Source: Thauera sp. (lineage in GTDB: Bacteria; Pseudomonadota; Gammaproteobacteria; Burkholderiales; Rhodocyclaceae). From it: a DNA stretch of 41,272 nt. The notes below the pieces were generated by a model. That model saw only the letters and a program-made list of their open reading frames with translations. It was not told the origin of the DNA and ran no database searches. The DNA lies in the NCBI GenBank assembly GCA_017997795.1, contig JAGOEI010000004.1:1-41272 (forward strand). Direction: 5' to 3'. Made by a program: the position numbers and the translations under genes. Positions 23,146 through 34,271 of this stretch are shown here, one piece after another; positions within the stretch are counted from its first letter, which is position 1, and the number at the start of each line of letters is the position of its first letter.

Positions 23146-24618
23146 TCAGGCGCCGAGCTTTTTCTTCAGCAGCTCGTTGACCTGCGCCGGGCTGGCCTTG
23201 CCCTTGCTCGCCTTCATGACCTGGCCGACCAGGGCGTTGAAGGCCTTCTCCTTGCCGGCGCGGAACTCCTCCACCGACTTCTGGTTGGCGGCGAGCACCT
23301 CGTCGATCATGGCCTCGATCGCGCCGGTGTCGGTGACCTGCTTGAGACCCTGGCTGTCGATGACCTCGTCGGCGCTCTGGCCTTCGCCGTTCCACAGCGC
23401 CTCGAACACCTTCTTGCCGATGGCGTTGGAGATCGTGTTGTCGGCGATGCGCGCGACCAGCCCGGCGAGCTGAGCGGGCGACACCGGCGAGGCGGCGACG
23501 TCGAGCTCGGCCTTGTTGAGGCGCGCGGCGAGGTCGCCCATGACCCAGTTGGCGCAGAGTTTTGGCAACTGAGTCGCCTGCGCGGCACCGGCGGCCGACA
23601 CCGTGGCCTGGTAGAAGTCGGCGACCTCCTTGGACGCGGTGAGCGTGGTGGCGTCGTAGGCCGACAGGCCCCAGGCGTCCATGAAGCGCGCCTTCATCGC
23701 CCCCGGCAGCTCGGGCATCCCGGCCTGCACGCGCGCCTTCCACTCTTCGGAAATCATCAGCGGCAGCAGGTCGGGGTCGGGGAAGTAGCGGTAGTCGTGG
23801 GCGTCTTCCTTGCTGCGCATCATGCGCGTCTCGCCCGTGTCGGGGTCGAACAGCACGGTGGCCTGCTGCACGCGCCCGCCGTCTTCCAGGGTGTCGATCT
23901 GCCACTGCACCTCGTAATCGATCGCCTGCTGCAGGAAGCGGAAGGAGTTGAGGTTCTTGATCTCGCGCCGGGTGCCGAACTCGGTCGCGCCCTTCTTGCG
24001 CACCGACACGTTGGCGTCGCAGCGGAACGAGCCCTCCTGCATGTTGCCGTCGCAGATGTCGATCCAGCGCACCAGCGCGTGCAGCGTGCGGGCGTAGGCC
24101 ACGGCCTCGGCGGACGAGCGCATGTCGGGCTCGGAGACGATCTCGAGCAGCGGCGTCCCGGCGCGGTTGAGGTCGATGCCGGTCATGCCGTGGAAGTCCT
24201 CGTGCAGGCTCTTGCCGGCGTCTTCCTCGAGGTGGGCGCGGGTCAGGCGCACGGTCTTCTCATACGCCGACTCGCCCTCGCCGACGCGGATCGTGATCTC
24301 GCCGCCGACCACCACCGGCAGGTCCATCTGGCTGATCTGGTAGCCCTTGGGGAGGTCGGGGTAGAAGTAGTTCTTGCGCGCGAACACGCTCTTTTCGGCC
24401 ACATGGGCGCCGATCGCCAGGCCGAAGCGGACGGCGCGCTCGACGGCGCCGCGGTTGAGCACCGGCAGCACGCCGGGCAGCGCGATGTCCACCGCGCTCG
24501 CCTGGCGGTTGGGCTCGGCACCGAAGGCGGTGCTGGCGCCGGAGAAGATCTTGCTGGCGGTGTTGAGCTGGGCGTGGACTTCCAGCCCGATGACGACTTC
24601 CCAATCGGATCGGCTCAT
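23146..24618 (-). CDS. gatB: Asp/Glu-tRNA(Asn/Gln) amidotransferase subunit B
   Basis: [60 protein letters not shown]; ATG 24618. Confidence 0.98.
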   Translation of the reverse strand: MSRSDWEVVIGLEVHAQLNTASKIFSGASTAFGAEPNRQASAVDIALPGVLPVLNRGAVERAVRFGLAIGAHVAEKSVFARKNYFYPDLPKGYQISQMDLPVVVGGEITIRVGEGESAYEKTVRLTRAHLEEDAGKSLHEDFHGMTGIDLNRAGTPLLEIVSEPDMRSSAEAVAYARTLHALVRWIDICDGNMQEGSFRCDANVSVRKKGATEFGTRREIKNLNSFRFLQQAIDYEVQWQIDTLEDGGRVQQATVLFDPDTGETRMMRSKEDAHDYRYFPDPDLLPLMISEEWKARVQAGMPELPGAMKARFMDAWGLSAYDATTLTASKEVADFYQATVSAAGAAQATQLPKLCANWVMGDLAARLNKAELDVAASPVSPAQLAGLVARIADNTISNAIGKKVFEALWNGEGQSADEVIDSQGLKQVTDTGAIEAMIDEVLAANQKSVEEFRAGKEKAFNALVGQVMKASKGKASPAQVNELLKKKLGA

Positions 24619-24650
24619 GGTGTGTTCTCGTGTCGCGTGTGGCCGTGCGC

Positions 24651-25166
24651 TCAGTGGCACTGGCCGTTGGTCCGATCGACGATGATCGGCCACAGGTAAT
24701 CGGAGGCGCCGCGGGTGCAGCGGCTGGCGCAGTTGGCGAAGCCGACGGTGACCGCCTTGCCCTGCTCGAAGATGTCCACCGTGCAGCCGTCGGGCGCGCG
24801 CAACTGCACGCTCGGCTTCTCGCGCGTCTGCGTGAACGGGCCGTGGAAGCTGCAGCTGCCGCGGCGCGGGATGTCGACGTCGGCGTTGAAGGCCTTCACC
24901 TTCGACTGCACCACGTCGAGCGTGATGCGCGTGGTGTAGCCGGCCTCGTCGCGGAAGCGGCAGTCGGTGCGCACGTCGAGCGGCCGCCAGGGCATCGGGC
25001 GCAGGCGCTTGCCGGCCGAGCTCGGGCTGGCGAGCACCTCGTCGCTGACCGGGGCGTCGGAGGGCGGCAGCACCGGCAGGGCGCAGGCGGACAGCAGCGC
25101 CGCGGCGGCGAGCGCGCCGAGCCTGCCCGCAAGGGACTGCGTCCGGCCTGCCTTATCTAAGCGCAT
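24651..25166 (-). CDS. Hypothetical lipoprotein (171 aa) with six further cysteines
   Basis: [28 protein letters not shown] lipobox; fills the gatA-gatB gap on the same strand. Confidence 0.75.
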   Translation of the reverse strand: MRLDKAGRTQSLAGRLGALAAAALLSACALPVLPPSDAPVSDEVLASPSSAGKRLRPMPWRPLDVRTDCRFRDEAGYTTRITLDVVQSKVKAFNADVDIPRRGSCSFHGPFTQTREKPSVQLRAPDGCTVDIFEQGKAVTVGFANCASRCTRGASDYLWPIIVDRTNGQCH

Positions 25167-25171
25167 GCGAC

Positions 25172-26656
25172 TCACGCGGCGCATGCCGGCCGGCGGGCGT
25201 GCCAGTCGGTGGCCTGCTGGAAGCGGTGCGCGGCGTTGAGCAGGCGGGACTCGGCGAAGTAGTCGCCGATCAACTGCAGACCCACCGGCAGCCCGTCGGC
25301 ACCGAAGCCGGCCGGGTGCGACAGGCCGGGCAGGCCGGCGAGGTTCACTGCGATGGTGTAGATGTCGGACAGGTACATCTGCACCGGATCGTCGGCCTTC
25401 TCGCCGAGCGCCCAGGCGGTGGTCGGCGTGGTCGGGCCGGCGATCAGGTCGCAGTGCTGCAGCGCGCCCTGGAAGTCCTGCGCGATCAGGCGGCGCAGGC
25501 GCTGGGCCTGCAGGTAGTAGGCGTCGTAGTAGCCATGCGACAGCACGTAGGTGCCGACCATGATGCGGCGCTTGACCTCGGCGCCGAAGCCCTCGGCGCG
25601 GCTCTTCGCGTACATGTCGGCGAGGTCGCCGTAGTCGGCGGCGCGGTGGCCGTAGCGCACGCCGTCGAAGCGACTGAGGTTGCTCGAGCACTCGGCCGGC
25701 GCGATCACGTAGTAGGCCGGAATCGCCAGCTTCGCGTTGGGCAGCGAGACCTCGACCGTGGTGGCGCCAAGTGCGCGGTACTGCGCGATCGCGGCGTCGA
25801 TGGTGGCACGCACGTCGTCGGCCATGCCCTCGGCGAAGAACTCGCGCGGCAGGCCGATGCGCAGGCCTTCGAGCGGGCGGGCGGCAGGGGTGGCTGCGGA
25901 TGAGGCGGCGAGCGCGGCGGCGTAGTCCTCGGTCGGTCGCTCCAGGCTGGTCGAGTCGCGCTCGTCGAAGCCGATCATCGCCGACAGCAGCAGCGCGCAG
26001 TCCTCGGCGCTGGCGCCGAAGGCGCCGCCCTGGTCGAGCGAGGAGGCGTAGGCGATCATGCCCCAGCGGCTGACCAGCCCGTAGGTGGGCTTGATGCCGG
26101 TGATGCCGCAATAGGACGCCGGCTGGCGCACCGAGCCGCCGGTGTCGGTGCCGGTGGCGATCGGCGCCAGGCGCGCGGCCACCGCGGCCGCCGAGCCGCC
26201 GGACGAGCCGCCGGGGATGCGGTCGAGCTTCCACGGGTTCTTCACCGCGCCGTAGTGCGAGCTCTCGTTCGACGAGCCCATCGCGAACTCGTCCATGTTG
26301 GCCTTGCCCAGGCTCACCACGCCGGCGGCCTTGAGCAGGCTCACGACGTGGGCGTCGTAGGGGCTGACGAAGTTGGCCAGCATCTTCGAGCCGCAGGTGG
26401 TCAGCACGCCCTCGGTGCAGAACACGTCCTTGTGCGCGAGCGGGATGCCGGTGAGCGGGCCCGCCTGGCCGGCGGCGATGCGGTCGTCTGCGGCGCGCGC
26501 GGCGGCGAGCGCGCCCTCGCGGTCCACGGTGATGAAGGCGTTGAGCTCGGGGTTGAGCGCGTCGATGCGGTCGAGGAACAGGGTCGCGAGTTCGACGGCG
26601 GAGATCTGCCGGGCGTCGAGCGCGCGGCGCAGTTCCGGGAGGGAGGCGTGGATCAT
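25172..26656 (-). CDS. gatA: Asp/Glu-tRNA(Asn/Gln) amidotransferase subunit A
   Basis: Amidase signature [50 protein letters not shown]. Confidence 0.98.
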   Translation of the reverse strand: MIHASLPELRRALDARQISAVELATLFLDRIDALNPELNAFITVDREGALAAARAADDRIAAGQAGPLTGIPLAHKDVFCTEGVLTTCGSKMLANFVSPYDAHVVSLLKAAGVVSLGKANMDEFAMGSSNESSHYGAVKNPWKLDRIPGGSSGGSAAAVAARLAPIATGTDTGGSVRQPASYCGITGIKPTYGLVSRWGMIAYASSLDQGGAFGASAEDCALLLSAMIGFDERDSTSLERPTEDYAAALAASSAATPAARPLEGLRIGLPREFFAEGMADDVRATIDAAIAQYRALGATTVEVSLPNAKLAIPAYYVIAPAECSSNLSRFDGVRYGHRAADYGDLADMYAKSRAEGFGAEVKRRIMVGTYVLSHGYYDAYYLQAQRLRRLIAQDFQGALQHCDLIAGPTTPTTAWALGEKADDPVQMYLSDIYTIAVNLAGLPGLSHPAGFGADGLPVGLQLIGDYFAESRLLNAAHRFQQATDWHARRPACAA

Positions 26657-26694
26657 TTTTCGGTCGGGCAGGTTGGCGTCGCGGCACGCGAGCG

Positions 26695-26718
26695 GTCGCT
26701 GCGAGGGGACGCAGCGAC
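26695..26718. other. Stem-loop in the gatC-gatA spacer
   Basis: GTCGCTGCG-agggga-CGCAGCGAC, perfect 9-bp stem, no U-tract. Confidence 0.5.
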
Positions 26719-26741
26719 GGAGAAGGCGGCCGAGCAGCGGA

Positions 26742-27029
26742 TCATTCGATGACTTTCGGCACCAGGTAGAGGCCGGCTTCGGTCTGCGGCGCGACCTTCT
26801 GGAAGGCGTCGCGGCGGTCGGTCTCGGTGACGCGGTCGGCGCGCAGGCGGGTGGGGACCTCCTGCGGGTGGCTCATCGGCTCGACGCCGGTGGTGTCGAC
26901 CGCCTGCATCTGCTCGATGAGCTCGAAGATGCCGTTGAGCTTGGCGCGGGTGGCGTCCAGTTCGGTGTCGGAAAGCGCGATGCGCGCGAGGCGGGCGATG
27001 TGCCCGACCTGGTCATTGGAGAGCGACAT
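26742..27029 (-). CDS. gatC: Asp/Glu-tRNA(Asn/Gln) amidotransferase subunit C
   Basis: [36 protein letters not shown]. Confidence 0.97.
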   Translation of the reverse strand: MSLSNDQVGHIARLARIALSDTELDATRAKLNGIFELIEQMQAVDTTGVEPMSHPQEVPTRLRADRVTETDRRDAFQKVAPQTEAGLYLVPKVIE

Positions 27030-27067
27030 GGCGTAACAAAACCTGCTGAATCCACAAAGGTTTGTAG

Positions 27068-28243
<1,176 letters not shown>

Positions 28244-28249
28244 CGGGCT

Positions 28250-28271
28250 GCCCCGGCTTCGCTGCCGGGGC
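28250..28271 (+). other. GC-rich stem-loop directly after the mreB stop
   Basis: GCCCCGGC-ttcgct-GCCGGGGC, no immediate U-tract; probably stabilises mRNA. Confidence 0.5.
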
Positions 28272-28307
28272 GCGCTGCCTTTCACCTGACGGCCCCTGGT
28301 TTTCCGG

Positions 28308-29186
28308 ATGTCTTTCGTCGGCCATCAGCCTCCTCCGATCTTCAAGCGTGGACCGGCGCCGCTCGCGCGCCTGTTCGTGTTCGTGGCCGTCTGTCTGGCG
28401 CTGCTCGTGGCCGACCTGCGCTTCCGTTACCTGGAAGTGATGCGCAACGCGCTGTCGGTCGTCACTTATCCGCTGCAGATGGCGGCATCCACGCCCGCCG
28501 ACGTGGTGCGCAACGCGTCGCGCTATTTCGGCACCCTGATCGACGTCCAGCTCGAGAACGCCGACCTGCGTCGCCACCAGCTCGGCGCCGGTGAGCGCCT
28601 GCTGCGTTTCGAGCACCTGGAGCAGGAGAACGCCCACCTGCGCGAGCTGCTGCAGATGTCGCGCCGGGTCGAGACCCGCAGCATCGCCGCCGACATCCTG
28701 TACAACGCGCCCGACCCCTTCGCGCGCAAGGTCATCCTCGACCGCGGCGCACAGCAGGGCGTGGAGCCGGGCCTGGCGGTGGTCGACGCGAATGGGGTGA
28801 TCGGCCAGGTCACCCGCGTGCATCCGATCCAGGCCGAGGTCACGCTGCTGACCGATCGCAACCAGTCGATCCCGGTCAGCGTGGTGCGCAACGGCGTGCG
28901 CGGCGTGCTCTACGGCGTGGGCCGCGGCATGCTCGAGATGCGCCATGTGCTGGCCGACGTCGACATCCGGCCCGGCGACCAGCTCGTCACCTCCGGCCTG
29001 GACGGCGTCTTCGTGCCCGGCCTGCCGGTGGCGACGGTGACGCGCGTGAATCGCGACGCCGATGCCTTCGCCCGCATCGATTGCGAACCGCTGGCCGCGA
29101 TCGAGCGCAGCGTGCAGGTGCTGGTGGTCGGGCGCGCGGCGTATCCGCCGCCGCCACCGCCGCCCGAAGCCGATGGAGGACGCTGA
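28308..29186 (+). CDS. mreC: Rod shape-determining protein MreC
   Basis: N-terminal TM, coiled coil LEQENAHLRELL, ILDRG, GDQLVTSGLDGVFVPGLPVA. Confidence 0.96.
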   Translation: MSFVGHQPPPIFKRGPAPLARLFVFVAVCLALLVADLRFRYLEVMRNALSVVTYPLQMAASTPADVVRNASRYFGTLIDVQLENADLRRHQLGAGERLLRFEHLEQENAHLRELLQMSRRVETRSIAADILYNAPDPFARKVILDRGAQQGVEPGLAVVDANGVIGQVTRVHPIQAEVTLLTDRNQSIPVSVVRNGVRGVLYGVGRGMLEMRHVLADVDIRPGDQLVTSGLDGVFVPGLPVATVTRVNRDADAFARIDCEPLAAIERSVQVLVVGRAAYPPPPPPPEADGGR

Positions 29187-29189
29187 CGC

Positions 29190-29711
29190 ATGCAACCGAC
29201 CAATCGTTCGAGCCGCATCCTGCTGCCGGTCAAGCTGTGGTTCGTGTACCTCACGCTGTTCGCGGCGCTCGGCCTCGAGTACATCCCGTCCGGGCGCACG
29301 CCCGGGCTGCCCGACTGGGTGGCGCTGGTGCTGGCGTTCTGGTGCGTGCGCGAGCCGCTGGCGATCGGCATGGGCGTGGGCTTCGTGTTCGGGCTGCTGA
29401 TGGACGTCGGCCTGGGGGCCGCGATGGGTCAGCATGCGCTCGCCTACGTCGTGCTCGCCTATCTCGCCAACAGCCTCGCGCGCCGGGTGTTGTGGTTCCC
29501 GGCCTGGCAGCAGGCGCTGCATGTGCTGCCGCTGCTGCTGCTGTCGCAGGTGTTGATGGTGCTGGTGCGCCTGCTCGCCGGTGCGGAATTCCCCGGCTGG
29601 GCGTATTTCCTGTCGAGCTTCAGCAGCGCGCTGTTGTGGATGCCGTTGTCCCTGCTGCTGCTGCTGCCGCAACTGCAGCCGGTGGAGCGCGATGACAACC
29701 GCCCGATCTGA
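29190..29711 (+). CDS. mreD: Rod shape-determining protein MreD
   Basis: PDWVALVLAFW, GLLMDV, GQHALAY; follows mreC. Confidence 0.95.
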   Translation: MQPTNRSSRILLPVKLWFVYLTLFAALGLEYIPSGRTPGLPDWVALVLAFWCVREPLAIGMGVGFVFGLLMDVGLGAAMGQHALAYVVLAYLANSLARRVLWFPAWQQALHVLPLLLLSQVLMVLVRLLAGAEFPGWAYFLSSFSSALLWMPLSLLLLLPQLQPVERDDNRPI

Positions 29712-29723
29712 GCGCGGCGGGCG

Positions 29724-31787
29724 ATGACCGAGTTTCGCGCGCCCGCGGTCGAACTGGCCCGCTTCCGCCTTCGCGTGGTGGTGGCGGTGGTGTTCGTGCT
29801 CGTCTGCCTCGGCCTGCTCGCGGCGCGCTTCCACTTCCTGCAGGTGCAGCGTCACGACTACTTCCTGACCCGCGCCGAGGACAACCGCATCGCCCTGCTG
29901 CCGGTCGTGCCGCACCGCGGCACCATCGTCGACCGCAAGGGCGTGGTGCTGGCGCGCAACTACGCCACCTACACCATCGAGATCACCCCCTCGCAGGTGC
30001 GCGACCTCGACGCCACGCTCGACGAGCTCGCCACCCTGGTCGCGATCGACGGCCGCGACCGGCGCCGCTTCCGCAAGCTCTTCGAGGAGAGCCGCAACTT
30101 CGAGAGCGTGCCGCTGCGCAGCCGGCTCACCGACGAGGAGGTCGCGCGCGTGGTGTCGCAGCGCTATCGCCTGCCCGGCGTGGACGTGAAGGCGCGGCTG
30201 CTGCGCGACTATCCGCAGGGCACCACCGCTTCGCACGTGATCGGCTACATCGGCCGCATCACCGAGCGCGACGTCGAGCGCATCGAGGAGGCCGGCAACA
30301 CTGCCAACTACCGCGGCACCTTGCACATGGGCAAGGCCGGGCTCGAGCAGTCGTACGAGAACGAGCTGCACGGTACGACCGGCGTCGAGCAGGTCGAGGT
30401 CAACGCCGGCGGGCGCGCGGTGCGCGCCCTGTCGCACACGCCGGCCACCTCGGGCAACGACCTCGAGCTCACGCTCGACATCGAGCTGCAGAAGGTCGCC
30501 GAGAAGGCCTTCGGCGATCGCCGCGGCGCGCTGGTGGCGATCGAGCCGTCGACCGGCGGCGTGCTCGCGCTGGCGTCGATGCCGACCTACGACCCCAACC
30601 TCTTCGTCGACGGCATCTCGACCCAGGACTGGAAGGCGCTCAGCGACTCGCCTGACCACCCGATGCTGCACCGCGCGATCTACTCCACCTATCCGCCCGG
30701 CTCCACGTTCAAGCCCTTCATGGCGCTCGCCGGGCTGGAGACCGGCAAGCGCACCGCGAAGCAGGCGATCCACGACGTCGGCTACTTCAACTTCGGCGGC
30801 CACCGCTTCATGGACGACAAGATCGGCGGCCACGGCATGGTGGATCTGCACAAGTCGATCGTGGTGTCGTGCAACACCTATTACTACCAGCTCGCCAACG
30901 ATCTCGGCATCGAGGGCATCGCCGGCTTCTTCGCGCCCTTCGGCTTCGGCGAGCGCACCGGCATCGACCTGCCCGGCGAGGCCACCGGCGTGCTGCCGTC
31001 GCCGGAGTGGAAGCGCCAGCGCTTCAAGAAGCCCGAGCAGCAGCGCTGGTATGCCGGCGAGACGATCTCGGTGGGCATCGGCCAGGGCTACAACGCCTAC
31101 ACCCCGCTGCAGCTCGCCAATGCGCTGGCGGCGCTGGTCAACGACGGCAAGCTGTTCCGCCCGCACGTGGTCAAGTACGTGGTCGATTCGCGCACCGGCG
31201 AGCGGCGCGCGGTCGAGCCCGAGCCGCTGCGCGAGATCCCGCTGCGCGATGCCAACCTCAAGGCCGTGCTCGACGCGATGGTGGAGGTCAACAAGAGCGG
31301 CACCGGCAAGCGCGCCTTCAAGGGCGCGCCCTACAGCGTCGGCGGCAAGACCGGCACCGCACAGGTGTATTCGCTGCGCGGCCAGCGCTATATCGCGGGC
31401 CGGGTGCGCGAGCGCCTGCGCGACCATTCCTGGTTCGTCGCCTACGCCCCGGCAGAAAACCCCAAAATCGCGCTCGCGGTGCTGGTCGAGAACGGCGGCT
31501 TCGGCGCCCAGTCCGCCGCACCGATCGCGCGCCAGGTGATCGACTACTACCTGCTCAATCAGCCGGTGGCCGCGCCGGCGGTGGAAGACGAAGAGGCGGC
31601 GGAGAGCGGCGACGACGAGTTCGGGGCGCAGCCCGATCCTGCGGCCGCGGGCATCGCCGTCGAGGAGGGCCGTGACACGACCGCGGCCCCGGGCAACGGC
31701 CCCCAGCCCACCCCGCAACCCGCCCCGCGCTCGCAACCGGCAGTCCCTGCCCAGCCGCCCGCCCCGCCCGCGAGGAGTGGCCGATGA
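29724..31787 (+). CDS. mrdA: Penicillin-binding protein 2
   Basis: SxxK (PGSTFK), SxN (SCN), KTG (GKTGTAQ); RGTIVDR N-domain; acidic/Pro-rich tail. Confidence 0.97.
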   Translation: MTEFRAPAVELARFRLRVVVAVVFVLVCLGLLAARFHFLQVQRHDYFLTRAEDNRIALLPVVPHRGTIVDRKGVVLARNYATYTIEITPSQVRDLDATLDELATLVAIDGRDRRRFRKLFEESRNFESVPLRSRLTDEEVARVVSQRYRLPGVDVKARLLRDYPQGTTASHVIGYIGRITERDVERIEEAGNTANYRGTLHMGKAGLEQSYENELHGTTGVEQVEVNAGGRAVRALSHTPATSGNDLELTLDIELQKVAEKAFGDRRGALVAIEPSTGGVLALASMPTYDPNLFVDGISTQDWKALSDSPDHPMLHRAIYSTYPPGSTFKPFMALAGLETGKRTAKQAIHDVGYFNFGGHRFMDDKIGGHGMVDLHKSIVVSCNTYYYQLANDLGIEGIAGFFAPFGFGERTGIDLPGEATGVLPSPEWKRQRFKKPEQQRWYAGETISVGIGQGYNAYTPLQLANALAALVNDGKLFRPHVVKYVVDSRTGERRAVEPEPLREIPLRDANLKAVLDAMVEVNKSGTGKRAFKGAPYSVGGKTGTAQVYSLRGQRYIAGRVRERLRDHSWFVAYAPAENPKIALAVLVENGGFGAQSAAPIARQVIDYYLLNQPVAAPAVEDEEAAESGDDEFGAQPDPAAAGIAVEEGRDTTAAPGNGPQPTPQPAPRSQPAVPAQPPAPPARSGR

Positions 31788-32926
31788 ACGAGAGCCGCTT
31801 CAATCCGCTCGCGCTGGTGCGCGGCTTCCTGCGCCCGATCGACCCGGCGTTGATGCTGGTGCTCGGGGTGCTGCTCGGCTACGCCCACGTGCTGATGCAG
31901 AGCGCCTCGCCCGAACGGCTCGACACGCAGATCACCCACATCGGTATCGCGCTCGCCGGCATGTGGGTGCTGGCCTGGCTCAAGCCGCAGCGCCTGCTGT
32001 CGTTCGCCGTGCCGCTGTACCTGCTCGGCGTGCTGCTGCTGGTCGCAGTCGAGCTCTTCGGCGAGGTGTCCAAGGGCGCGCAGCGCTGGCTCGACCTCGG
32101 CGTGGCGCGCATCCAGCCCTCCGAACTGATGAAGATCGCGATGCCCTTGATGCTGGCGTGGTTCTTCCAGTTGCGCGAGGGGCAGACGCGCTTTCTCGAC
32201 TTCATCTTCGCCGGCGTGCTGTTGCTGGCGCCGGTGGGGCTGATCCTGATCCAGCCCGACCTCGGCACCAGCCTGCTGGTGGCGGCATCGGGCATCTACG
32301 TGATCTACTTCGCCGGCCTGTCGTGGAAGCTGATCATCCCGCTGGTGCTGGTGGTCGTGATCGGGCTGGGCTCGATCGTCGCCTTCGGCGACACCCTGTG
32401 CCAGCCCGAGGTCGACTGGCAGGTGCTGCGCGAATACCAGAAGCAGCGCGTGTGCACCCTGCTCGACCCCACCCGCGACCCGCTCGGCAAGGGCTTCCAC
32501 ATCATCCAGTCCACGATCGCGATCGGCTCCGGCGGCGTGATGGGCAAGGGCTGGATGGACGGCACGCAGACCCACCTCGCCTTCCTGCCCGAGCGCCACA
32601 CCGACTTCATCTTCGCCGTGCTCGCCGAAGAGTTCGGCCTGGTCGGCGCGCTGGTGCTGCTCGCCACCTACGTCATGCTGCTGCTGCGCGGCTTCCACAT
32701 CGCCGCCAATGCGCCCACCCACGCCTCGCGCCTGCTCGCCGGCGCGATCACGATGATCTTCTTCACCTATGCCTTCGTGAACATGGGCATGGTGAGCGGC
32801 ATCCTGCCCGTGGTGGGCGTGCCATTGCCGTTCATCAGCTACGGTGGAACCGCGCTCGTCACCCTGTGTCTGGGTATCGGCATCCTGATGAGCATCCAGC
32901 GCAGTCGTTTTGCCGACAAGAACTGA
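31784..32926 (+). CDS. rodA: SEDS peptidoglycan glycosyltransferase RodA
   Basis: GAQRWL, IQPSELMK, QPDLGT, FLPERHTDFIF, PVVGVPLPFISYGG. Confidence 0.97.
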   Translation: MNESRFNPLALVRGFLRPIDPALMLVLGVLLGYAHVLMQSASPERLDTQITHIGIALAGMWVLAWLKPQRLLSFAVPLYLLGVLLLVAVELFGEVSKGAQRWLDLGVARIQPSELMKIAMPLMLAWFFQLREGQTRFLDFIFAGVLLLAPVGLILIQPDLGTSLLVAASGIYVIYFAGLSWKLIIPLVLVVVIGLGSIVAFGDTLCQPEVDWQVLREYQKQRVCTLLDPTRDPLGKGFHIIQSTIAIGSGGVMGKGWMDGTQTHLAFLPERHTDFIFAVLAEEFGLVGALVLLATYVMLLLRGFHIAANAPTHASRLLAGAITMIFFTYAFVNMGMVSGILPVVGVPLPFISYGGTALVTLCLGIGILMSIQRSRFADKN

Positions 32927-32941
32927 AGGCCAGAGAACATC

Positions 32942-34156
32942 ATGAACTCCGAGCGCTCCCCATTGCCGGCCGTACGCGCGGGCGTGCGTCCATTCCCCGA
33001 CCGGTCCCCTGCCGTGCTGCGCCGCACGGCGCTTGCCCTTGGCCTGGCCTGCGCCGCCGTGCTGCTGTCGGCCTGCGGCTCGACGCCCAGGCGCGATGCC
33101 GACGAGGCGACGACACCCGCCCCCGAGACCACCGCGTCGGCGGCCACGCGCCGCAGCGGCGGTGGCTACTACAAGGACGACGGCCCGGACGACGAGGTCC
33201 CCGACAACCTCGACGCGATCCCCGATGCCGAGCCGCGCGACGAGCCGCTGCACCGCTTCGCCAACCGCCCCTACCACGTCATGGGGCAGAGCTTCGTGCC
33301 CGCCACCGAACTGCGCCCCTTCCGCCAGCGCGGCCATGCGAGCTGGTACGGACGCCGCTTCCACGGCAACCCGACCTCGAGCGGCGAGCCCTACGACATG
33401 TACGCGATGACCGCCGCCCATCCGACGCTGCCGATCCCGAGCTATGCGCGCGTCACCCATCTGGGCAACGGGCGCTCGGTGGTGGTGCGGGTGAATGATC
33501 GCGGCCCCTTCCTGCGCGGGCGGGTCATCGACCTGTCGTATGCCGCCGCGCACAAGCTCGGCTACATCAACGCCGGCAGCGCGCAGGTCGAGGTCGAGCA
33601 GATCCTGCCGAGCGAGGCGCCGCTGATGGCGGCCACGCGCAAGGTGCCGCCGCTGCGCGCACGCGCCAACGAAGGCGTGGTGGCGGCCGATACCCCGCGG
33701 CCGGAAGCGCGGACGCTGGCGCCGCTCGCCCAGGCCGCGCCTGCCGCTGCGCAGGCCGCGGCTGCGCCGGTGACGACGGCCTCGGCGGTAGCTGCGGCGC
33801 CGGCCTCAGTAGCGACCTCGGCGACGGCCCCGGTGGTGAGCGCCGCGCCCGCGCCCGCCGAATGCGGCCCATCCCCCGCCTGCGGCGCCGCCGAAGGCCT
33901 TGCCCCGCCGATCGCGTCGGCCAGCGGCGGCATCTTCCTGCAACTGGGCGCGTTCTCGTCCTACGCCAACGCCGAGGGCTTCCGCGACACGGTGCAGGGC
34001 CGGGCCGGGACGCTGGCCAAGCGCTTCGAGCTGTTCGCCGACGGCGAACGTTTCCGCCTCCACGCCGGTCCCTACGAGTCCATGGATGCCGCGCGCAATG
34101 CGGCCGATCGCATGGGCACGCTGCTCAAGCTCAAGCCGCTGGTGATCGTGCGCTGA
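32942..34156 (+). CDS. rlpA: Septal lytic transglycosylase lipoprotein RlpA (DPBB + SPOR)
   Basis: Lipobox LSACG, GHASWYG, MTAAHPTLP, RVNDRGPF, IDLSYAAA, SPOR 'FLQLGAFS'; exact start uncertain. Confidence 0.93.
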   Translation: MNSERSPLPAVRAGVRPFPDRSPAVLRRTALALGLACAAVLLSACGSTPRRDADEATTPAPETTASAATRRSGGGYYKDDGPDDEVPDNLDAIPDAEPRDEPLHRFANRPYHVMGQSFVPATELRPFRQRGHASWYGRRFHGNPTSSGEPYDMYAMTAAHPTLPIPSYARVTHLGNGRSVVVRVNDRGPFLRGRVIDLSYAAAHKLGYINAGSAQVEVEQILPSEAPLMAATRKVPPLRARANEGVVAADTPRPEARTLAPLAQAAPAAAQAAAAPVTTASAVAAAPASVATSATAPVVSAAPAPAECGPSPACGAAEGLAPPIASASGGIFLQLGAFSSYANAEGFRDTVQGRAGTLAKRFELFADGERFRLHAGPYESMDAARNAADRMGTLLKLKPLVIVR

Positions 34157-34200
34157 TGCGCTTGCCGCCGGCGTCGGGTTGAAACAAAGGCTTTCGACTT

Positions 34201-34229
34201 TTGGCCCATCCGGGGGTGCCGCCTATAAT
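34201..34229 (+). promoter_or_regulatory. Internal sigma70 promoter for the dac-dat-ybeD-lip genes
   Basis: TTGGCC (34201-34206), 17-bp spacer, TATAAT (34224-34229). Confidence 0.65.
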
Positions 34230-34271
34230 CGGGCACTCCCGCTTTTCTTCAATTCTCCCCAGGTTTTTCCA

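Noticed and set aside
25167-26687. Upstream 507 codons of the 678-aa ORF 24651-26687, a possible gatA-overlapping gene or frameshift fusion
   Set aside because: Out-of-frame shadow of gatA. Only the last 171 codons (from ATG 25166, lipobox) look like a real protein, and no slippery site was seen.
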